A DNA stretch of 64,000 nucleotides from Pseudomonadota bacterium (GTDB lineage Bacteria > Bdellovibrionota > Bdellovibrionia > Bdellovibrionales > Bdellovibrionaceae): the NCBI GenBank assembly GCA_041178425.1, contig JBEGVH010000022.1:80-64079 (forward strand). The letters are read 5' to 3'. Positions 58,592-64,000 of the stretch are shown here, piece by piece. The notes beneath the pieces are model-generated. The model was not told the origin of the DNA. It saw only the letters and a program-made list of their open reading frames with translations, and ran no database searches. A program made the translations under genes and the position numbers. Within the stretch, counting starts at the first letter, position 1, and each line of letters opens with the position of its first letter.

Positions 58592-59047
58592 ATGAAAAAA
58601 GATTCAAACAGGAGAAACGACTGGAATTTAGTTCCCCAAACAAAAATTCAGTCGAAAATTATCTTACTCTCTGCGGGAACAGCCCTTGTGATTGGAATTA
58701 CGAACGGTTCGGTGATCTATACCTTGATTAGAAATAATTTTGAGTTTTTAAATAGTGCTCTACCACTGACTGAAGCGACCAGCGTGGCTCTTTATGAAGA
58801 ACTACTCAAAATCAAATCTTACCTATTTGTTTCGAGCATTATCTTTGTTCTTCTATCTTTTCTTGGAGCGCTCTACATTTCGCATCGAATCGCAGGACCA
58901 GTATATCATATTAAAAAGATTCTCCATGACTACCAAAAAAACAACAACTTGCAAGCGCGAGTCAAACTGCGTCCTGATGATGATCTCCACGATTTAGCCG
59001 AAGCCATCAATCAGGTTCTCGATCAACAGCAGGGCAAAAAAGATTAA
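58592..59047 (+). CDS. Two-TM membrane protein with a HAMP domain and no output domain
   Basis: TM1 IILLSAGTALVIGI, TM2 VSSIIFVLLSFLGALYI, followed by HRIAGPVYHIKKIL...LRPDDDLHDLAEAINQVL, a HAMP pattern. Confidence 0.55.
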   Translation: MKKDSNRRNDWNLVPQTKIQSKIILLSAGTALVIGITNGSVIYTLIRNNFEFLNSALPLTEATSVALYEELLKIKSYLFVSSIIFVLLSFLGALYISHRIAGPVYHIKKILHDYQKNNNLQARVKLRPDDDLHDLAEAINQVLDQQQGKKD

Positions 59048-59054
59048 TACCCGA

Positions 59055-60140
59055 CTATTGAACTCCTGCATATCCATCGCTCTCGATACCGTAGCCAGCG
59101 TCTGGAGAAGCGAGGCCTTCGGCTTTGATGTTACGTTGGGTCTGCTGGTCAACATTGAGACCATTGAGTAGTTTATTAATTTTGGCCTCGAGAACTACTT
59201 GCTTGCTCGTACCCATGACCGGTTTACAAATTTCAACGGGGTTAACCATTGGATTTAAAATCTTCTCATCGCGGAGATTTTCTGAAAGTGGATCCTTCGC
59301 CAAAGCTTTCTCATGCATTTTTTCTTTCGCCCAACCAGCAACGTGTCCAAGATCCCAAATTGTGACCATGGCACCAGCAAAAGGAATGGCTCTCTTTCCA
59401 GCAAACTCCAGAGTTTTGTAGGCATACTGACTGGCCTTCGCACTGGCTGCTTTAGCCATCACTCCAAAGCGTACCTTGCCACCAAGGGCTTCGCTCATTC
59501 GCATCATCTGCTCTGACACTTTTGATAACCCCTCGAGAAATTTTTCATCTAGATTCCCTACGAGGTTAAAACGTTTTTCCGATTTCATCGATAATAAATC
59601 AATGAGCTTTGATAGTTGCTTTGACTCTTGCTCAATGCTCGCCATCTCAGTTGCTATTGAGGGGACCTTTTTAAAACCCGCCTGACTTGCAAACTGACCC
59701 AATTCGGATTCTAACTTTTCGAGAGCCTGTAACTGCTTCAGCACAGACATATTTTTAATATCTATGGCCTTGGCTCGCTCGGCGATCGCCTGAGCAGACC
59801 CACCGGCCTTTTCAATGGCTTGTAGCTCTTTAATGTTGCGTTCAAACTCTGTCGCCGCAGCCGCCAGTTTTTCTTGAATCATCGATTTTTTCGAATAGTA
59901 AATTCCAAGAGAAGATAGACTCACACCGGCCCCCGCCGCAATATGCAACTCTTGTTGTCTTAATACATTAACTGTACTCACACACTTTTCTATGCTCGTC
60001 AGTCGTAAACGGTATCGACCAGCTCCTGCCCCATCAGCGATGTTTTCGGCCATGTCTGTTATCGGCCCACCATAGAAATTTCCAGCTAAACAAATCTGAG
60101 CCATAAAGAGAGACAGTGTCTGAGCAGAAATAAATTTCAT
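59055..60140 (-). CDS. Secreted alpha-helical/coiled-coil hypothetical protein
   Basis: Met33 start gives the signal peptide MKFISAQTLSLFMAQICLAG. The rest is helical and A/K/E/L-rich. No motif recognised. Confidence 0.45.
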   Translation of the reverse strand: MKFISAQTLSLFMAQICLAGNFYGGPITDMAENIADGAGAGRYRLRLTSIEKCVSTVNVLRQQELHIAAGAGVSLSSLGIYYSKKSMIQEKLAAAATEFERNIKELQAIEKAGGSAQAIAERAKAIDIKNMSVLKQLQALEKLESELGQFASQAGFKKVPSIATEMASIEQESKQLSKLIDLLSMKSEKRFNLVGNLDEKFLEGLSKVSEQMMRMSEALGGKVRFGVMAKAASAKASQYAYKTLEFAGKRAIPFAGAMVTIWDLGHVAGWAKEKMHEKALAKDPLSENLRDEKILNPMVNPVEICKPVMGTSKQVVLEAKINKLLNGLNVDQQTQRNIKAEGLASPDAGYGIESDGYAGVQ

Positions 60141-60290
60141 TGGGTCCTCCATCGAATGTTGATACATCAATGGAGTGCAAGAGCTATGCAACGGAAACAC
60201 AAAACAATGGGTTTTGATTGATTCACACTGAAACAAGCGACAGTAATTGGCATTACAAGTATTAGTACTGTAAAAAAAATGTACCTTTGT

Positions 60291-60322
60291 AAGCGCTATC
60301 TCATTTTGAGACAGCGCTTTTT
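60291..60322. terminator. 12-bp hairpin abutting the esterase stop codon (atypical terminator)
   Basis: AAGCGCTATCTC-atttt-GAGACAGCGCTT. The T-run is on the plus side only. On the minus strand a U8 tract follows 11 nt later. Confidence 0.35.
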
Positions 60323-61169
60323 AAAGAAAGCTCTCAATGATTATTTGTGTTGCATCGGGGCCGCGGTTTGATGGTTGTTGGTTGCCATCAAACCCATCCA
60401 GAGTTCCTCCACTCCAGGCATGAATGAGACCTTCTACAAGAATTGTTTTCGCTTTGTTATTTTGATAGTCGCGCTGCCTATAACCAAGTTGAGTTGTCGT
60501 TGCTGGAACTTTTAACTCAACATATTTTTTATTACCAACAAAGTCGGCAATATAACGATCGAAGTGTCTCCCATTGACTAACTTATCGGCCGTCCCGTGA
60601 AACACCAAAACTTTTCCTTTAAAGTCACTAGGTCGGCAAGCGCTATTAGTAGGTCGACGAATAGAGGGCCCGGCCTTTAAATCAATCAATGCTTGTTCCC
60701 AGGTAGAACTCAGTCCGTAAGAGGTTCCCGAATGAAAGGCAACCCCTCGAAACACTTCGGGATGACACGATGCCAAGATACTCGACATCGAAGCTCCTGC
60801 AGACATTCCCGCTAGAAAGATTTTTCTAGAATCAATCGGATAAATCTTCACCAAACGTTTGATCTCTTTGACGATGTCTGAGGCCTCAACCCCTTCACGG
60901 GTCTGCTGCTCGGGCAAGTAGTATTCCCAACACTTTGACCAAACTCCCGGGTCTTGAGCTTCTGGATAGAGAACATAAAATCCATTTTTATCAGCCTGCT
61001 CTGAGAACCGAGTGATCTCAGCCACATCCTCTGGCGAAGACGAATAACCGTGCAAAACAACAAACAAGGGGGCCAAACCTGCGGGCTTTGATAGTGGTTC
61101 ATGAAATAAAAATCGTGCCTCGGCGATTGGAGAAACTATTAAACACAGGAAAAGAATTACATTTTTCAT
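60321..61169 (-). CDS. Secreted esterase, PHB-depolymerase (LpqC-like) family
   Basis: Signal peptide MKNVILFLCLIVSPIAEA, oxyanion region VVLHGYSSS, nucleophile elbow GMSAGASM, FHGTAD. Confidence 0.75.
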   Translation of the reverse strand: MKNVILFLCLIVSPIAEARFLFHEPLSKPAGLAPLFVVLHGYSSSPEDVAEITRFSEQADKNGFYVLYPEAQDPGVWSKCWEYYLPEQQTREGVEASDIVKEIKRLVKIYPIDSRKIFLAGMSAGASMSSILASCHPEVFRGVAFHSGTSYGLSSTWEQALIDLKAGPSIRRPTNSACRPSDFKGKVLVFHGTADKLVNGRHFDRYIADFVGNKKYVELKVPATTTQLGYRQRDYQNNKAKTILVEGLIHAWSGGTLDGFDGNQQPSNRGPDATQIIIESFL

Positions 61170-61400
61170 AAACCCACCCTTCCATGGTGACTTGCCCTTA
61201 AGTGTTCTTGAAAGTTCATTGTTTAGCAAGCGTCCATTAGATTTCTTTTTAGGATTCGCTAGTTAGGCCCGAAGGGCGGCTCGAATTGGGGGCCTGTATT
61301 TGGGACTGAGCTTTTGGATGAAACTCATCAACAATCTGTAAATTATCGCTTTCAACCCATTCAAGTTTGAGTTAAAAGGCTTGCAACCAGGGAGTTTTCA

Positions 61401-62072
61401 ATGAAACTAATTTTAAGCCTCGTCATCCCCTTGCTAATGGCTTCACCGGCCTTTGCGGATCTCGCTTACTTACGAATTGTAAAACCTCTCACCGAAGAAC
61501 AGTGCCACAAAAATACAGAAATGCCTGCCATCTTTGATTTTCTACTCCGGGTGACCACAAAATACCCCATTATGTGGGCGAACTACTTTCATCCAAAAAC
61601 AATTGGCTGTTCTCCCATCGACGAAAACCCTATTCTTTTCGCCCACGGTGTTTTCATGGGCGAGGCCAAGGATTTCGAAAAATTGATGCAAAACCCACCA
61701 TCGTTTGGCTCCCACAAACTAGAAATCTATCTCCTTGAAGAACTTGAGGCCCACTATTACCTTTATGCCGACGCTGGTTTAGAAACCCTTCACGATGTCT
61801 TTGTTCGTAGGTTCAAATCTATGAACGAGGAAGAGTCAAAATTCGTGAAAACCATCTGCAATGGCGACCGAAAAATGTTATTAAGCGGCCTAGAAAAATC
61901 ACCGAAGTCGGAGTCCGTTCTTCCAATTGTCAAAGAGAGCCATCAGTATGTTCTCCTTGGCTACGACCGCCTCACTGGCATCCTAAAAGACGGAACTAAA
62001 ATCCCCATCCTACCCTTTGACCGGGATACTTACGGGAACGAGTGGAACTGTCTCTCACCTATAAAGTGGTAA
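61401..62072 (+). CDS. Secreted hypothetical protein
   Basis: Signal peptide MKLILSLVIPLLMASPAFA. No motif recognised. Confidence 0.45.
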   Translation: MKLILSLVIPLLMASPAFADLAYLRIVKPLTEEQCHKNTEMPAIFDFLLRVTTKYPIMWANYFHPKTIGCSPIDENPILFAHGVFMGEAKDFEKLMQNPPSFGSHKLEIYLLEELEAHYYLYADAGLETLHDVFVRRFKSMNEEESKFVKTICNGDRKMLLSGLEKSPKSESVLPIVKESHQYVLLGYDRLTGILKDGTKIPILPFDRDTYGNEWNCLSPIKW

Positions 62073-62079
62073 TTGGCGC

Positions 62080-62667
62080 ATGCATCACTTTTTTGCTTAT
62101 CTATCCCGTATGAAACTCATTGATCGCTGGAGCCTCATGAGGTGCACCCAGCGCGAAAACGTTCAGGAGCATAGCCTGCAAGTAGCCGTTATTGCCCATG
62201 CCCTTTGCCTCATCGGCAATAAGCGTTACGGTCGAACACTCTCTCCTGAACGCGTTGCTACTCTTGCGATTTTTCATGATGCCACCGAGGTATTAACGGG
62301 TGACCTACCAACACCAGTGAAGTATTTCAATAATGGCATTCGTGATGCCTATCGAGCCATTGAAGGCCATGCTGCCCAACAGTTACTTAACTTTTTGCCC
62401 CACGACCTAAAAGATTCTTACGAGGATCTTCTTTGTGGAAATGAAGAAGAAAAAGAAGCCCACTCCCTCGTTAAGGCAGCCGATTCGATTTGTGCTTACA
62501 TAAAATGTCTCGAAGAAGAAGCTGCAGGAAATCGTGAATTCGCGGGTGCAAGAAAAACAATTGAAGCCAAACTTCGTGTATCAATGCAACTGCCAGAGGT
62601 GAAGGACTTCGTCCTGGAGTGTATTCCTAGTTTCTCGCTCACTCTCGACGAAATGAACCCACGATAA
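62080..62667 (+). CDS. yfbR: 5'-deoxynucleotidase (HD domain), YfbR
   Basis: Collinear with E. coli YfbR: FFAYLSRMKLI.RW.LMR, ENV.EHSLQVA..AHAL, HDA.EVLTGDLPTPVKYFN, KCLEEEAAGN.EF. Confidence 0.9.
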   Translation: MHHFFAYLSRMKLIDRWSLMRCTQRENVQEHSLQVAVIAHALCLIGNKRYGRTLSPERVATLAIFHDATEVLTGDLPTPVKYFNNGIRDAYRAIEGHAAQQLLNFLPHDLKDSYEDLLCGNEEEKEAHSLVKAADSICAYIKCLEEEAAGNREFAGARKTIEAKLRVSMQLPEVKDFVLECIPSFSLTLDEMNPR

Positions 62668-62708
62668 CACGCCAAACGGCAGCGTCTGTCTTCAGTTGGG
62701 GCAAAGGC

Positions 62709-63812
62709 CTAGCGACTGCCCGCCCCCGGTTGCGATTGTTGATCCTCGTCTTCAACCCTTGATCCTACCGAATTAGTCTTCTTTGATCTAACCGCTTTTC
62801 GATCAGACACTGCGTTAGTTCGAGGTGTCTGAATACTAGCAATTTTATTGAGGGATTTTTTTATGAGGTCATTATTCTTATTCATCAAAGCTAAACAGGA
62901 GTTAAGTTTTGCTTGATAGGCAGCGCGCTCTCTGCTGCCGGCGCCATTATACTTATTTGCAGCAAAACTCCCAAATTGCGCATCTGTCATAGGCTTAAAA
63001 CCGACGAGTTTCAAATAATAAATACTGGCAAAAACGGAATGCTCTGGAATAGCTGGAACACGGTAATACGTTTTGCCCGTTGTGCTTTTACATTTGATGG
63101 GATCAAGAACAGCCCCCCCAGGCGCACTCACACCATCCGTCCAATTTTCGCCATTCACCATTTGGTTTTCTGCAATTAAAAATTTTCTTTTCTCTTCTCC
63201 TATACATTGGGGAGGATTTCCTTTGGTACAGGACTTCATTTTCTGTTGGCCACAGCAAGGGGGAAGCTCATAAGGGTGGAGCGTTTCACAGGTCGTTCCC
63301 TTTCCCAAGAACGCTAATTCATTGGGTGCAAACTGACAGTCCTTGTAAATGGCAGCGTAAGCAGGGGGACGAATTTGTCCAATATTAGTTTGATCACACT
63401 GATCGAATTGATGACCCAAGTTTCCATAATGAGTTTCTGCTACAAAAACACAAGCTGTTTGCTTTACGGTTCTAAGCAAGTTCTCTTCGGAATTATAGGC
63501 TGATGGCTCATCCTTAAAAACTACTTTAATAGACTGAACACTCTTTTGAAGAATCGTAATAGCAAAACCTGATTCATCGGACTGAAGCGCTTTGATCCCT
63601 CGATTCACTTCACTCTCGATCCACCGATCGTCTTTGTTAACGCTAGAATTCAGCGAGGCCAACATCTCAGCAGTGGCCTCCGTGGCTTCGGTTCCGGCGG
63701 CACCCCCAGCAGCAAGAAGATTGTCGTGAGGAACAGCGAGAAAAGCGAGCGTGGCGAATATTAAATGAGTGAGACCCCGTTTGGAATAACGTCTTTTCCA
63801 TTTTTCAATCAT
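62709..63812 (-). CDS. Exported Cys-rich hypothetical protein with weak lytic-transglycosylase-like motifs
   Basis: Met54 start gives a TM/signal segment LTHLIFATLAFLAV. AETHYGN...IGQIRP...NKYNGAG loosely recalls the SLT E-S / GLMQ / YNxG motifs. A roughly 150-aa Cys-rich stretch lies between them. Confidence 0.4.
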   Translation of the reverse strand: MIEKWKRRYSKRGLTHLIFATLAFLAVPHDNLLAAGGAAGTEATEATAEMLASLNSSVNKDDRWIESEVNRGIKALQSDESGFAITILQKSVQSIKVVFKDEPSAYNSEENLLRTVKQTACVFVAETHYGNLGHQFDQCDQTNIGQIRPPAYAAIYKDCQFAPNELAFLGKGTTCETLHPYELPPCCGQQKMKSCTKGNPPQCIGEEKRKFLIAENQMVNGENWTDGVSAPGGAVLDPIKCKSTTGKTYYRVPAIPEHSVFASIYYLKLVGFKPMTDAQFGSFAANKYNGAGSRERAAYQAKLNSCLALMNKNNDLIKKSLNKIASIQTPRTNAVSDRKAVRSKKTNSVGSRVEDEDQQSQPGAGSR

Positions 63813-63895
63813 ACAAAGATGGTAAATGACACTTACAGAGGAGTCAGGCAAAGAGCCTGGGCCCCACCTCAAACCCACCTTAGGTCCGTATTGGA

Positions 63896-63915
63896 CGATC
63901 GCATGCGATCGCATG
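63896..63915. repeat. Perfect tandem duplication CGATCGCATG x2, containing the palindrome GCGATCGC
   Basis: cgatcgcatgcgatcgcatg read directly. It lies in the 5' leader, or in an alternative N-terminal extension, of the 62709 gene. Confidence 0.8.
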
Positions 63916-64000
63916 GGGACGGAGCCTAAATTTTCAAATTCTATCCGATTTTTGAGTCGGAAAAACTCCAAACAGTTCTTTCAGCTAACTTTCCTCTAAA

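Overview
Densely coded 64-kb chromosomal segment with about 44 protein genes on both strands and one tRNA-Asp. I saw no rRNA, CRISPR array, transposase, integrase or phage structural module. About two thirds is recognisable housekeeping: fadD, aat, recQ-family helicase, EF-G, pyk, ftsY, smc, ppdK, dimeric glyQS, a DEAD-box helicase, acs, metC, yahK-like ADH, radD, sodC, a GH3 glycosidase and yfbR. The rest is signalling and predicted exported proteins. Several traits suggest a Bdellovibrio-like predatory bacterium: a mitochondrial/'spd'-type EF-G, alpha2-type GlyRS, two PilZ proteins, many signal-peptide proteins of unknown function, and a phage-like fibre gene outside any prophage. This is inference, since no 16S is present. 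The strongest candidates for new biology are: (1) an orphan 1111-aa trimeric-fibre gene ending in a self-cleaving S74 chaperone (46315-49650); (2) a 1482-aa multi-Ig lipoprotein/adhesin with a small duplicated-domain partner (33547-38864); (3) a 1709-aa kinase-like/STAND-ATPase/GAF/histidine-kinase protein whose kinase catalytic loop reads HGG instead of HRD, followed on the same strand by a response regulator, a YbgF-like protein, a FecR-like protein and a 556-aa coiled-coil protein (12798-21895); (4) a pseudouridine synthase-RlmI methyltransferase fusion with a C9 tract at the domain junction. All functional calls come from motif recognition by eye. Start codons were refined from the ORF track using ATG/RBS context and stay provisional.
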